NCBI GenBank assembly: GCA_031414535.1
Contig: JANNVQ010000057.1
Location: 1 to 64,000, forward strand
DNA length: 64,000 nt
DNA from: Gemmatimonas sp.
GTDB taxonomy: Bacteria > Gemmatimonadota > Gemmatimonadetes > Gemmatimonadales > Gemmatimonadaceae
Direction of reading: 5' to 3'
How positions within the stretch are numbered: the first letter of the stretch is position 1; each line of letters starts with the position of its first letter. This document shows, in pieces, positions 41,452-51,795 of the stretch. The notes beneath the pieces were generated by a model. The model was not told where the DNA came from. It made no database searches and saw only the letters and a list, made by a program, of their open reading frames with translations. Made by a program: the position numbers and the translations under genes.

Positions 41452-42222
41452 CTACGGGCCAATAGGACTGAGTTCAGGTCGCTTCGCAACGATGCCAGCG
41501 CCTGAGGAGCGGCCCAACACGCGTCGAAGGAGCCAAGGTGCGAGGTACGCGGCAATCCAATGCGCCTCGGCCGCCGCGCGCGCGATGGCGCTGGAGTTTG
41601 GGCGGGTCGGCAATTGATTTGCCCAGCCCTCGTCGAAGCCGGGCAGCCCAAGCACTGATGCCAATCCGGCGGCAATTCTTGCATGACCTTCGGCGTTGGC
41701 GTGCAGACGGTCTTCGTGCCAGAGCCGCGGATCGCCGGCGACGGGAAACCGGTCCACATCAAGCAGCAGCACACCCGTCTCCGCGCACAGCGCGCGCATG
41801 CCCTCATTAAAAGCGCGCAGCTTGGGGCGTGCACGCTTGGCGAATGGCGCAACCTCTCCAAGGTCGGGCATCGTGATGGTCAACACCGTCGCGCCGATGC
41901 CGCGCAGCGCGACATGCAGCGTGCGCATATCCTCAATCACCTGCTCACAATTGAAGTTGGAGCGGATGATGTCGTTGGTGCCGGAGAACACAGTGACCAA
42001 GTCAGGCCGCATCGCGAGTGCGGGCTGCAGCTGCTCCTCAACGAGATGGCGCGTCTTGCGGCCGCGCACGGCAAGGTTAGCGTAGAGCAATGGCTCGCCC
42101 TGCGTCTGCGCTACATGCAAAGCGAGGCGATCCGCCCAGCCGCGATGCCGGCCATCCGGTCCGGGATCCTCGAGCCCCTCGGTGGAGGAGTCACCGAGCG
42201 CTACGTAGCGCGTGAATTTCAA
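41452..42222 (-). CDS. SGNH/GDSL hydrolase
   Basis: ALGDSSTEG, NLAVRG, GTND, DRLHAN; TTG start overlaps the upstream TGA. Confidence 0.88.
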   Translation of the reverse strand: MKFTRYVALGDSSTEGLEDPGPDGRHRGWADRLALHVAQTQGEPLLYANLAVRGRKTRHLVEEQLQPALAMRPDLVTVFSGTNDIIRSNFNCEQVIEDMRTLHVALRGIGATVLTITMPDLGEVAPFAKRARPKLRAFNEGMRALCAETGVLLLDVDRFPVAGDPRLWHEDRLHANAEGHARIAAGLASVLGLPGFDEGWANQLPTRPNSSAIARAAAEAHWIAAYLAPWLLRRVLGRSSGAGIVAKRPELSPIGP

Positions 42223-42446
42223 GGCAGCTTGGACAACGAGTCGAGCTCGCGCGCGCGCTTGGCCGCGGAGTCGCTCGCGGCGAGCGCGCCACGCACGCCT
42301 CGTGCACCCGGGAGGGTAGATGCGCCCACCGTGCTGTCCACCTTCCGCTGCTCCGCAGCGGAGCGCGTCGGTGGTGCTTCTTCCTTCTTGGCGCCGCAGG
42401 CAGCGGCGGTGATGAGCAAAGCTGAAAGAACAATGAGGCGACGCAC
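42219..42446 (-). CDS. Small hypothetical lipoprotein (75 aa)
   Basis: GGAG RBS, MRRLIVLSALLITAAAC lipobox, TTGA coupling to the SGNH gene. Confidence 0.7.
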   Translation of the reverse strand: MRRLIVLSALLITAAACGAKKEEAPPTRSAAEQRKVDSTVGASTLPGARGVRGALAASDSAAKRARELDSLSKLP

Positions 42447-42484
42447 CCGTAGCTCCGCGAGAGTGATATAGCGAAGTTAGCGGG

Positions 42485-43291
42485 ATGACTGCGCGCTCGC
42501 ATCCACGCCCGCCTGTTGACCCCACTGCACTGAACGGCGCAGGTGGGACGATGTGGACCAACCTCGGGTACTGGGAAGGCAGCGGCGCTGTCGCGCCAGA
42601 CACGCGGAGCGCGTCCACTCGTTACCAGCACGCTGCCGCCGAGCTCGCTCGGCGAGTCGGGATGGCAGCGAATCTCAGGCCCGGCGATATTGTTGTGGAC
42701 TACGCCTGCGGCTTCGGTGATTCGCTGCGCCTTTGGGTTGAAGAGTTAAAGGCAGAGAGTGTCGTTGGTCTCGAACCCGACCCATCAGTCTGCCGAGTCA
42801 TCGAGGCGCGCGTTCAGTCTTGGGGGCTTGCGAATCGTATTCGCGTGCTGTGCGCGTCAGCGGAAGATCCGGCAGGTCGTACTGTAGCCGCTCAGGCGAC
42901 AGCAATCGTCTGCGTGGATGCCGCCTACCACTTTCGCACCCGTTCAACTTGGCTCAGATATCTCGGAGCAATGGCCACCTCAGGAGTGCGTCTTGGATTC
43001 GCCGATCTCAGCGTCTACGCGGGCAAGGAACGCTCACTGCGTCTGCGCGCACTGGCGCGGCTGATGCGAATTCCACACGAGAACCTGATAAGCGCGCGAA
43101 GCCTTGCAATTGCCTGTGAGGATGCGGGCTTCACCGTGGAGAATTGCGAGCAAGTAGGATCTGAGGTGCTGGACGGCTTTGTGGCAAATGCACCACGCGG
43201 TACAATGTCCGTCGCAACAACGCGCGCGGCAATCGCATTTGCACGGCACGCGCGACTCCTCGATTACCTCATCATCGGTGCCGCGCGCTAG
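42485..43291 (+). CDS. Class I SAM-dependent methyltransferase
   Basis: NLGYW, VDYACGFG motif I, CVDAAYHF. Confidence 0.85.
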   Translation: MTARSHPRPPVDPTALNGAGGTMWTNLGYWEGSGAVAPDTRSASTRYQHAAAELARRVGMAANLRPGDIVVDYACGFGDSLRLWVEELKAESVVGLEPDPSVCRVIEARVQSWGLANRIRVLCASAEDPAGRTVAAQATAIVCVDAAYHFRTRSTWLRYLGAMATSGVRLGFADLSVYAGKERSLRLRALARLMRIPHENLISARSLAIACEDAGFTVENCEQVGSEVLDGFVANAPRGTMSVATTRAAIAFARHARLLDYLIIGAAR

Positions 43292-44017
43292 ATGCTTCGA
43301 CTGATTTTCATCTCGCTTCTCTGTTCCACGCCGCTCGCTGCACAGGTGGATTGGAACAGCGTTCAGCAGCCAGCCATTTGGTTCAGCAGCTTCGTGGATC
43401 AAGCGATCACCGAGCGCACGGCTCTGTGGTTCGACGGGCACTGGCGGCGCATGGGACTCGGTGCAGAGCCGCAGCAAGTTTTGCTCCGGCCCGGGGTGCA
43501 AGTGACCCTACACCCCGGTTTACGGGCCGGTGCTGGCTACGCATACATCGCTACCGCGCCGTATGGCGAGTCACCCAACGCGAACCCCACCCGGGAGCAC
43601 CGGGCGTGGCAGCAACTTTCTCTCGCCGCGCGATTCGCAGAGATTTCCGTCACGCAGCGCTTGCGCCTAGAGCAACGTTGGGGCGCGGCTGTCATCGATG
43701 GAGAGCGCGGCGCATTGCGCTACCAACAGCGTCTGCGGTACGCGGCCCGTGCACAGCGTGAGTTGCGCGCTGAGTCTTCCGGAAGACGGCAACTTCTTGG
43801 CTTCGTCGCCAACGAGTTCTTCGTGCCGATCGGTCACTCGGATGGCGCGCAGCGGCGGCTTCAGAACCGTGCGCAAGTTGGACTCGGTTTCCCAGTGAGC
43901 GACGAGCAACGCGTAGAGATTAGCTATATGCACCAATGGAATCGCATCACGCCGCGCACGACGCACGAGTTCAATCACACAATGGTGCTGAGCTGGTACT
44001 GGACCGCTCGGCGCTGA
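43292..44017 (+). CDS. DUF2490 outer-membrane beta-barrel protein
   Basis: EHRAWQQ, RLRLEQRW, RLRY, NEFF, QNR motifs. Confidence 0.85.
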   Translation: MLRLIFISLLCSTPLAAQVDWNSVQQPAIWFSSFVDQAITERTALWFDGHWRRMGLGAEPQQVLLRPGVQVTLHPGLRAGAGYAYIATAPYGESPNANPTREHRAWQQLSLAARFAEISVTQRLRLEQRWGAAVIDGERGALRYQQRLRYAARAQRELRAESSGRRQLLGFVANEFFVPIGHSDGAQRRLQNRAQVGLGFPVSDEQRVEISYMHQWNRITPRTTHEFNHTMVLSWYWTARR

Positions 44018-44026
44018 TTCCTGCGT

Positions 44027-44923
44027 TCAGTGCACCGTGAGGTCGCGCGCTGACGTGAGCGGACCCGTGTAGCCTGCGCGGCGCATCTCCGTGAGAAGGC
44101 CCGCGTCGTCAGTACCCCAGAACAACTGATGGTAGAGCACCAGCTGTTTCGGCCGCGCACGCGTGGCAAGCGCCGACAATTCATCCGTAGACGTGTGGGC
44201 ATTGGCGTGATAGCGCTGCCACTCCGGGGGCAGAGTGCGAAAGCGCTCCGCCGAGTACACCTCGTGCACGAGCAGGTCGCAACCATTGCAGGCCTGCACG
44301 ACCGCGTCGCTGGCTCGTGTATCGCCTGAGATGACGATGCTGCGGCCCGCCGCATCGAAGCGATACCCGAAGGCAACGTCCCAGTCCCCGTGCGGCACGG
44401 CAAACGCCGTCACGCGCATATTGCCGTCATTGAGCACGACGCCTGGGGCAATCTCATGAACCGTGACGCGCCATCCATTCTCGTTGGCGGGCTCGAGGCC
44501 CTCCAGGCGATTGCGAATGTCTGCGGCGTATGCGGCCTGTAAGTGCTCAAACATCGCCTTGGTGCCCGGCGGGCCATACACGACCAGCGGAACGTCTCGC
44601 TCGAGTGTCCAGGCGCCGAGCATCAGGTCGGGAGCACCGATTGTGTGATCGGAGTGCAGATGCGTAAGGAACAGCGTGCGTAGCTGCGACGGGCGCAATG
44701 CATCAATACCGTGCAGCATCGCCGCGGCGTTTGCGCGGCGAACGACGCCGGGACCTGCGTCAACGAGGTACGAGTGCTCTCCACGCACCACGGCGAGTGC
44801 TGGGCCTGAACGCTCGGGATCAGCGTTCGGTGTGCCTGTGCCCAGCACCACCAGTTTCGTCTCTTGCGCCTCGCCAACACTCGCGAGGCACACGATGAAG
44901 ATCAGCGCACGAGCTAAGCGCAC
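44027..44923 (-). CDS. Exported MBL-fold hydrolase (RNase Z / arylsulfatase-like)
   Basis: LGTGTP, VDAG, THLHSDH, SGDT, HE, AHT, LYH. Confidence 0.88.
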   Translation of the reverse strand: MRLARALIFIVCLASVGEAQETKLVVLGTGTPNADPERSGPALAVVRGEHSYLVDAGPGVVRRANAAAMLHGIDALRPSQLRTLFLTHLHSDHTIGAPDLMLGAWTLERDVPLVVYGPPGTKAMFEHLQAAYAADIRNRLEGLEPANENGWRVTVHEIAPGVVLNDGNMRVTAFAVPHGDWDVAFGYRFDAAGRSIVISGDTRASDAVVQACNGCDLLVHEVYSAERFRTLPPEWQRYHANAHTSTDELSALATRARPKQLVLYHQLFWGTDDAGLLTEMRRAGYTGPLTSARDLTVH

Positions 44924-46123
44924 CTAGCGCGAACCGAGTTCGCTCGTCGCACCGGTGCCGTGTCCAAGCAAGATCATCTTGAACGAGCCATCGCCGTCCT
45001 GCGGCGTGACCATGTACTGCACCCAGCCGCCGGGAACTTGGTCGTTGATCCACCATTCTTGACGGCCACCCATCCCACCAAAGCGCACGCGCTTAGCGCT
45101 GAACGAGCCTGCGGGCACTGTGACACTTTCGGTGCCGACGGTAGCGCCGTCTACGCTTTCCTTGGTGGGACGCGAACCGAACATGCCGAGCGAACGCACC
45201 ATCGTCATCTGCACCGGCACCATCAACTCGTTGGCCTCGGTGTCACCGGGCATCTTGCCACGCATGCGCACGAGTTCCTGCAGGCCCTCGCCGCTGCTTT
45301 TAAACAGGGCCTCGAGCACCACTGTGTCGGCATCGCTGATGGTCTTGAAGCGCCACCACTCGTTGCCATCCTCTGTCTTGGAGAGAAAGGCGCGCTCGAT
45401 GGTCTGCTTGCCGTCATCATCGTCACCACCGCGCATCTCCCAGCGTGTCCACTGGCCTGGCTGATACGGCTGATCGAAGACGTTGGCTCCCGTGCCGTAC
45501 ACCATGCCGAACATCGCGCCGATGTAGGCCCACGAGATATCGGCCGTCCACTGACCGGGCATTGGCCTGGCCCCACCCGCGCCACCGCCAACGGCTGCAA
45601 TGGCGTCGGCTACCGCAGTACCGCCGCCGAAGATGGATCCGAAGCGTTCACGCCGTGCATTGACGGCTTCGAGTTCCGGCGCCGAGAGCCCGGCACGATC
45701 GCCGTAGGCATAGATGCGCTCGAGACGGATGCGCAGGCGCGAGAACACCGGCACCGTGAAGTTTCCGGCTTGCGCCGCCCGGGCCGTCGCCTGATTACGT
45801 AGCGCGGTCTTCTCGCGCTCGATGTCCTCTTCGTTGTTGGCCCCGCAGCGCGCGCGAATTCCGGCGCGCGCGGCGAGCCCACCGAGACGGCTCCGGCTCG
45901 CAGAGCCCGCGGTCTCAAAGGCAATCTTGCAGGTGCGGAAGCGCCGGATCTTGTCGTCAATCTCTTTCAGCTGCGGGTCGAGCGCAGCAATCTCCTCGCG
46001 CTCCTTGTCGTGCGAGGTGACGAAGCGGTCGAGGACGTCGGTGGAAAGCGTCAGGTCCTGTGCCAGCACGGGCGTGGAAGCGAGGACGAGCGCAGCGAGG
46101 ATTGTGGAAAAGGGGCGAGTCAT
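44924..46123 (-). CDS. Hypothetical exported two-domain protein
   Basis: Signal peptide from ATG 46123; helical N-domain with 2 Cys, Gly linker, beta-rich C-domain (GTESVTVPAGSFSAKR). Confidence 0.65.
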   Translation of the reverse strand: MTRPFSTILAALVLASTPVLAQDLTLSTDVLDRFVTSHDKEREEIAALDPQLKEIDDKIRRFRTCKIAFETAGSASRSRLGGLAARAGIRARCGANNEEDIEREKTALRNQATARAAQAGNFTVPVFSRLRIRLERIYAYGDRAGLSAPELEAVNARRERFGSIFGGGTAVADAIAAVGGGAGGARPMPGQWTADISWAYIGAMFGMVYGTGANVFDQPYQPGQWTRWEMRGGDDDDGKQTIERAFLSKTEDGNEWWRFKTISDADTVVLEALFKSSGEGLQELVRMRGKMPGDTEANELMVPVQMTMVRSLGMFGSRPTKESVDGATVGTESVTVPAGSFSAKRVRFGGMGGRQEWWINDQVPGGWVQYMVTPQDGDGSFKMILLGHGTGATSELGSR

Positions 46124-46210
46124 TGAATCGGTCCGTATAGAGGATGCTATATCTTGCAGAAAACCCGCGACGCGCAACAGCGCGTCCACCAATCCCTTAC
46201 GGAGATTTCG

Positions 46211-46783
46211 ATGCGTCGTTTCGCAATCGTTGCTGTTCTTGCCCTCAGCGCTTCCGGATTGAGTGCGCAAGATCACCAACACACGCCCCGAGTTGCTCAT
46301 TCCGCTGCGGCCGTCGCCAAAGAGGGTGGTCAGGCCGCGTTCCTGTCCATTGCCGAGATCGTGAAGATGCTCGACGCCGACCCTCGCACCGATTGGACGA
46401 AGGTGAACATCGAGGCCTTGCGCCAACATCTCATTGATATGGATGAGGTGACGATGCGGGCATCAGTTCGTACTGAGGCAATTGACGGCGGCGCCGCGTT
46501 CATGGTCACGGGAAGCGGTCGTACGCTCGAGGCCATCCGCCGGATGACGCGCTCACGCGCTCAAACCGGCGACGCTGCGGCCACGATTCGGATGTCGGTT
46601 GCCGACGTCGAAGGCGGTGTCCGCTTCAGTGCACGGGCCTCTAATCCGAACGATGCCCGCGCCGTCGCCCGCATCCGCGGCCTAGGCTTCATCGGCGTCG
46701 TCGCGCTCGGCGACCACCATGCGCCGCACCATCTGGGTATCGCAAACGGCTCGATGACGGGAATGCACGGACACGACCACTAG
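46211..46783 (+). CDS. Conserved-looking exported His-rich hypothetical protein
   Basis: GGAG RBS, signal peptide, QDHQH N-terminus, GDHHAPHH and HGHDH C-terminus, TDWTKVNIEALRQHLIDM core. Confidence 0.7.
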   Translation: MRRFAIVAVLALSASGLSAQDHQHTPRVAHSAAAVAKEGGQAAFLSIAEIVKMLDADPRTDWTKVNIEALRQHLIDMDEVTMRASVRTEAIDGGAAFMVTGSGRTLEAIRRMTRSRAQTGDAAATIRMSVADVEGGVRFSARASNPNDARAVARIRGLGFIGVVALGDHHAPHHLGIANGSMTGMHGHDH

Positions 46784-46852
46784 AGGGAGCGGAGCTTTTC
46801 CTAGCCCTCCCGAGCGCCGCGGCCCATATTGGGTATACCTAACCCGGGCCTG

Positions 46853-49800
46853 ATGAACGACCTGCGCCAACAGCTGCAAGAGGCCCTCAAGGCCACGCAC
46901 GAGATTGAACGAGAGTTGGGTGGCGGCGGCATGTCGCGCACCTATGTCGCGTTAGAGAAGGCACTCGGCCGCCGCGTGGTTATCAAGATTCTCGCGCCCG
47001 AGCTGTTGGCCGGCATCTCCGTGGAGCGCTTCCGCCGCGAGGTATTGCTCGCCGCGCAGTTGCAGCACCCGCACGTGGTGCCGGTTCTCACGGCCGGAGA
47101 TGCAGCCGGACTGCCTTGGTTCACGATGCCGTACGTGGACGGTGACTCGCTACGTCAGCGTTTGGCCAAGGGCCCAGTCAGCATCACCGAAGCCGTCAAT
47201 ATTCTGCGTGATGTAGCGCGCGCATTGGCCTACGCGCACTCACACGGGGTGGTGCACCGCGACATCAAGCCTGACAACGTGCTGCTCTCCGCGGGCAGCG
47301 CGACGGTTACCGACTTTGGCATTGCCAAGGCCATCAATGCCGCACGCACCGGCCTCGGTGGCCAGGGACCGGCGCTCACGATGACCGGCATGTCTATTGG
47401 CACGCCGACGTATATGTCGCCTGAACAAGCGGCCGGTGATCCGGACACCGATCATCGAGCGGACATCTATTCGTTTGGTGCGATGGCGTATGAGCTAGTG
47501 GCTGGCCATCCGCCGTTTCACGGACTGACGCCGTCCAAGTTGCTCGCGGCTCAGATGGGCGAGCGTCCGCGCGACCTGCGCGGCCTGCGCCCGGACTGCC
47601 CGGAAGCGCTGGCAGCGATGATTATGCAATGCCTCGAGAAGGAAGCGGCGAATCGGCCCGCGAAGGCCACAGATCTCGCGCGCGTACTCGAGACTATTAC
47701 CTCAAGCGGCTCCGCGGCTGCGGCTCCAAGCATCTTGGCTGGCGGACGTATCAGACTCGGCCGCGCGCTCAGCATCTGGGCGGGAACGTCCGTGGCCGTG
47801 ATTCTCACCGCGTGGGCGGCCCGTGAAGTGATTGGCCTGCCTGATTGGTCCGTCCCCGGTGCCATCGGCGTGATGCTGGCGGGACTGCCGGTCATCATCG
47901 CCACGTGGTACGTGCAGCGAACCGTGCATCGCACCTACACCGCGACGCCGCAACAAACACCGGGCGGCACGGCGAGTGTACGTCCGCAGGGCACGATGGC
48001 AACGCTGGCCATCAAGGCGAGTCCGCATATCTCGTGGCGACGCACCTGGCTCGGTGGTGGCGTCGCGGTCGCAGCGTTCGCGGTGATGGTAGTGGGTTGG
48101 ATGGTAATGCGCGCCGCGGGCATCGGACCCTTTGCCTCGCTGCGTGGCACCGGTGCATTCGGCAGTTCCGAGCGCTTGGTGGTGGCGGATTTTGCCGCAC
48201 CGAGCGACGATCCAACACTAGGCGTGACGGTAGCCGAAGCCGTGCGTACCGATTTGGCGCAGTCGAAGGCACTGAACGTGATGTCACGCGCCGAGTCGCG
48301 CGATGTGCTCGCTCGTATGCGCCGGTCTAGTGATACCACGCTCACCTTTGAACTCGCGCGCGAGATGGCCACGCGCGAAGGCGTGAAGGCTGTGCTCGAC
48401 GGCGGCATCGTACGCTTGGGGCGCAATTACGTCGTGACCGCACGCCTCGTGAACGCACAGGACGGCTCAGATCTCGCTTCGTTCCGCGAAACCGCCGAGG
48501 GTGAGGACGAGCTGTTGCCAGCCTTGGCTCGCATTTCACGTGCGGTGCGTGAGCGGGCTGGAGAATCATTGCGTGCAATTCGTCGCAGTGACGATGTTGC
48601 GCGCGTGACAACGGCCTCACTGCCTGCGCTACGTAAATACGTGGAAGCACTCCGCGCTAGCGATCAGCGTTCTGACTTCGACGCATCGCTGTCACTGCTT
48701 GAGGAAGCAGTGGCGATCGACACGGCCTTCGCGATGGCGTGGCGCCGCATTGCCGTGTTGCTTAACAACGACGGACGAGATCCGGTGCGCGCGATGCGCG
48801 CCCTTGAGCGGGCCTACAGTCACCGCGACCGCCTCACCGAGCTCGAGCGGCAGCTCTTGGAGGGTTACTACTACACGCGCGGCCCGCGGACTGACTTGGC
48901 CCGCGCTAAGGCTGCATATGAGGCTGCCGCTGCCTTGGACACGACGGCTACCGCCGGCATCAACAATGCCGGAGTGGTTGCCGGACAGCTGCGCCAGAAT
49001 GCAGCGGCGGAGTCGCTATATGCGGAAACCGCACGACGTGGGGGCCGCAATGTCGCCACCTACCAGAATTGGTTAGCTACGGCTCTTGGGAATGGCCGCC
49101 CCGCCGCCCACCTAGACTCCATCAGAAAATTGATGTACGAACGCTTTCCAAACAGCGAGCAGCTTTGGATTGCAGATTGGACGGTGGCGCGCGCTGACAA
49201 CCATTTCACTGTGATGGATTCCATCGGGCGTGCGGCGTTAGGACGTGCGCGCTCCCCCGGAGGACGCGCGGCTGCCCAGTTCACCGTTGGCAGTTCAGCA
49301 CAGCTTCTGGGACGTCCTCTGGAGGCGTTACGATATTTCTCGGAGGCCCGGCAAACGCGAGTCGCCGCCGGGAGCAGCCAGGCCCTTGAGCGGCTGCTCG
49401 CCGCCTACGACTCCGCGGTGGTGTTGACGCTCACTATGGAGCAGCCCAATGAAGCTCGTGCCTTGCTTGCGCGCGCCTTAGAGAAGTATCCACTCACTGC
49501 GCTCAAGCCTTTGGAGCGCCCTTGGCAAGCTCTCGGTGCCTTCGCCGCGCTCACGCGTGATCCGGCATTGGCGCGACGAGCCGCGGCCGGCTTTGAAGCT
49601 GATGTGCGCTCCCGCGTCAACAATCCCGTGGCTGCCCGCGCTGCCAACGACGCATTCATTGCACTGGCTGAGGGACGCCACGCTGAGGCGATTGACCTGA
49701 TGCGACAGGCTGACCGTGGCCTCGAGATTCCCGAACAGCAGAGCTGGGTCTTTTTTTCCCGCGCCCACGATCTCGCCGGGCACCCCGACTCGGCCGCCTA

Positions 49801-50038
49801 CTACCTGCGGCGCATCGTCGAAGTGCCCGATGCCGTGGGAGACCGTGATGCCAACTTCTACGCACCCGCGCTGACGCGACTCGGCGAGATTGCCGAGCAA
49901 CGCGGCGATACGGCGACGGCACTGCGCTACTACGAAGAGTTCACGGAACTCTGGAAGAACGCCGAGCCAGAGCGGCAGACCAAAGTGCGGCAGATTCGCG
50001 AGCGCGTTATGCGGCTTCGGGGGAATCATCGCGGTTAG
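46853..50038 (+). CDS. Hanks-type Ser/Thr kinase with TM segments and TPR-rich C-terminus
   Basis: GGGGMSRTY, VVIK, HRDIKPDN, DFG, GTPTYMSPEQ; ~3 TM; TPR helices. Confidence 0.93.
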   Translation: MNDLRQQLQEALKATHEIERELGGGGMSRTYVALEKALGRRVVIKILAPELLAGISVERFRREVLLAAQLQHPHVVPVLTAGDAAGLPWFTMPYVDGDSLRQRLAKGPVSITEAVNILRDVARALAYAHSHGVVHRDIKPDNVLLSAGSATVTDFGIAKAINAARTGLGGQGPALTMTGMSIGTPTYMSPEQAAGDPDTDHRADIYSFGAMAYELVAGHPPFHGLTPSKLLAAQMGERPRDLRGLRPDCPEALAAMIMQCLEKEAANRPAKATDLARVLETITSSGSAAAAPSILAGGRIRLGRALSIWAGTSVAVILTAWAAREVIGLPDWSVPGAIGVMLAGLPVIIATWYVQRTVHRTYTATPQQTPGGTASVRPQGTMATLAIKASPHISWRRTWLGGGVAVAAFAVMVVGWMVMRAAGIGPFASLRGTGAFGSSERLVVADFAAPSDDPTLGVTVAEAVRTDLAQSKALNVMSRAESRDVLARMRRSSDTTLTFELAREMATREGVKAVLDGGIVRLGRNYVVTARLVNAQDGSDLASFRETAEGEDELLPALARISRAVRERAGESLRAIRRSDDVARVTTASLPALRKYVEALRASDQRSDFDASLSLLEEAVAIDTAFAMAWRRIAVLLNNDGRDPVRAMRALERAYSHRDRLTELERQLLEGYYYTRGPRTDLARAKAAYEAAAALDTTATAGINNAGVVAGQLRQNAAAESLYAETARRGGRNVATYQNWLATALGNGRPAAHLDSIRKLMYERFPNSEQLWIADWTVARADNHFTVMDSIGRAALGRARSPGGRAAAQFTVGSSAQLLGRPLEALRYFSEARQTRVAAGSSQALERLLAAYDSAVVLTLTMEQPNEARALLARALEKYPLTALKPLERPWQALGAFAALTRDPALARRAAAGFEADVRSRVNNPVAARAANDAFIALAEGRHAEAIDLMRQADRGLEIPEQQSWVFFSRAHDLAGHPDSAAYYLRRIVEVPDAVGDRDANFYAPALTRLGEIAEQRGDTATALRYYEEFTELWKNAEPERQTKVRQIRERVMRLRGNHRG

Positions 50039-50044
50039 GCATCT

Positions 50045-50124
50045 GGGACGGAAGACGGATGACTGACGCTAGAAGGGGCGACGAACCGTGAGTTCATCGC
50101 CCCTAAAAGCATCCGTCATCCGTC
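50045..50124. repeat. REP-like hairpin with GAYGGAW heptamer arms (copy 2); possible bidirectional terminator
   Basis: GACGGATGAC 50054-63 / GTCATCCGTC 50115-24; inner AGGGGCGA/TCGCCCCT. Confidence 0.65.
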
Positions 50125-50127
50125 CAA

Positions 50128-51795
50128 TCACCGAACCAGTGGTTTGAACTTCAGCCGGTGAGGTTGATCCGCATCTGCGCCCTTCCGCCGCTTCAAGTCT
50201 TCGATGTACGACTGATAGTTGCCTTCGTACCACACAACCTCTGACTCGCCCTCAAACGCGAGGATGTGCGTCGCCACACGATCCAAGAACCAACGATCAT
50301 GCGAGATGATTACCGCGCAGCCAGAGAAGTCGAGCATCGCTTCTTCGAGCGCACGCAGCGTATCGACATCAAGGTCATTGGTCGGTTCGTCGAGCAGCAA
50401 CAGATTGCCACCCTGCATCACCGTCTTGGCCAAGTGCAGGCGGTTCCGTTCTCCACCCGACAAGTTGGCCACGAGCTTCTGCTGATCCGCGCCCTTAAAG
50501 TTGAAGCTGGCGGCATAGGCGCGTGAGTTGAGCTCACGCTTACCCACCATCATCAGCTCGCGACCACCGGAGATCTCTTCCCACAGTGTACGCTTGCCTT
50601 CGAGCGTGCGCTGCTGATCCTGGTAGGAGATGCTCACCGTCTCACCAACGGTGAGTTCGCCGCCATCAGCCTTCTCAAGATTGTTAATCATCCGGAACAG
50701 CGTCGTCTTACCGGCGCCGTTGGGCCCGATGATGCCAACGATGCCCGCACGCGGCAGATCGAAGCTGAGATTGTCAAACAGCAGCTTATCACCATACGCC
50801 TTCTGCAGCTTCTTGGCGCGCACCACATCATTACCAAGTCGCGGCGCTGGCGGAATCACGATTTCGTTCTGCATCACGCGATCGTTCTGCGCTTCACTGG
50901 CGAGCTGCTCATAGGCCTGCAAACGCGCCTTGCTCTTGGCCTGACGTGCCTTGGGCGCCATACGCACCCACTCGAGTTCCTTCGTCAGCGTCTTTTGGCG
51001 GGCGCTGGCGTGCTTTTCTTCGCGCGCGAGTCGCTCCTGCTTCTGCGCCAGCCAACCCGAATAGTTGCCCTCGTAGGGCACGCCCTTGCCGCGATCGAGT
51101 TCAAGAATCCACTTCGCCACGTTATCCAAGAAGTAGCGATCGTGCGTGATGGCCACGACCGTACCGGGGAAGCTCTCCAAGAAGTGCTCCAACCAAGCCA
51201 CGGACTCCGCGTCCAAGTGATTGGTCGGTTCGTCGAGCAGCAGCATGTCTGGCTCTTCGAGTAGCACCTTGCAGAGCGCCACGCGACGCTTCTCGCCACC
51301 AGAAAGATTCGTCACCGGTGAATCCGGCGGCGGCAGACGCAGCGCGTCCATCGCGACATCAATCTTGTTGTCGAGATTCCAGAGGTCGTGCTGGTCGATG
51401 TATTCCTGCAGTTTGCCCTGACGCGCCATCAACGCATCAAAGTCGGCGTCGGGCTCGGCGAACTTCTCGGAGATGGCGTTGAACTCGTTCAGCGCATCGC
51501 GCTGCTGCTTGACGGCGAGTTCCACGTTGCCGCGCACATCGAGATCGGGATTGAGCTCAGGCTCCTGCGAGAGGTAGCCGATGCGCGTGCCCTTATGCGC
51601 CCAAGCTTCGCCCTGAAATTCCGTGTCCACGCCGGCCATAATGCGCAACAGCGAGGACTTCCCCGAGCCGTTGGGGCCAAGCACGCCAATCTTGGCGCCC
51701 GGGTAGAACGAAAGCCAAATGTCGTCGAGAATGATGCGCGAAGGTGGAACCACCTTCTTGAGCGCCTTCATTACATAAATGAGCTGCGGTGCCAC
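50128..51795 (-). CDS. ettA: Energy-dependent translational throttle protein EttA (ABC-F)
   Basis: LSFYPGAKIGVLGPNGSGKS, two ABC domains, ELEWVR..KARQAKSKAR linker, 555 aa; AGGAG RBS. Confidence 0.95.
   Translation of the reverse strand: MAPQLIYVMKALKKVVPPSRIILDDIWLSFYPGAKIGVLGPNGSGKSSLLRIMAGVDTEFQGEAWAHKGTRIGYLSQEPELNPDLDVRGNVELAVKQQRDALNEFNAISEKFAEPDADFDALMARQGKLQEYIDQHDLWNLDNKIDVAMDALRLPPPDSPVTNLSGGEKRRVALCKVLLEEPDMLLLDEPTNHLDAESVAWLEHFLESFPGTVVAITHDRYFLDNVAKWILELDRGKGVPYEGNYSGWLAQKQERLAREEKHASARQKTLTKELEWVRMAPKARQAKSKARLQAYEQLASEAQNDRVMQNEIVIPPAPRLGNDVVRAKKLQKAYGDKLLFDNLSFDLPRAGIVGIIGPNGAGKTTLFRMINNLEKADGGELTVGETVSISYQDQQRTLEGKRTLWEEISGGRELMMVGKRELNSRAYAASFNFKGADQQKLVANLSGGERNRLHLAKTVMQGGNLLLLDEPTNDLDVDTLRALEEAMLDFSGCAVIISHDRWFLDRVATHILAFEGESEVVWYEGNYQSYIEDLKRRKGADADQPHRLKFKPLVR

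Noticed and set aside
41452..42618. 388-aa extended SGNH ORF, and similarly extended starts at 2642, 36754, 37659 and 46429
   Set aside because: The extensions overlap other genes or promoters; downstream starts have signal peptides, an RBS, translational coupling or -10 boxes
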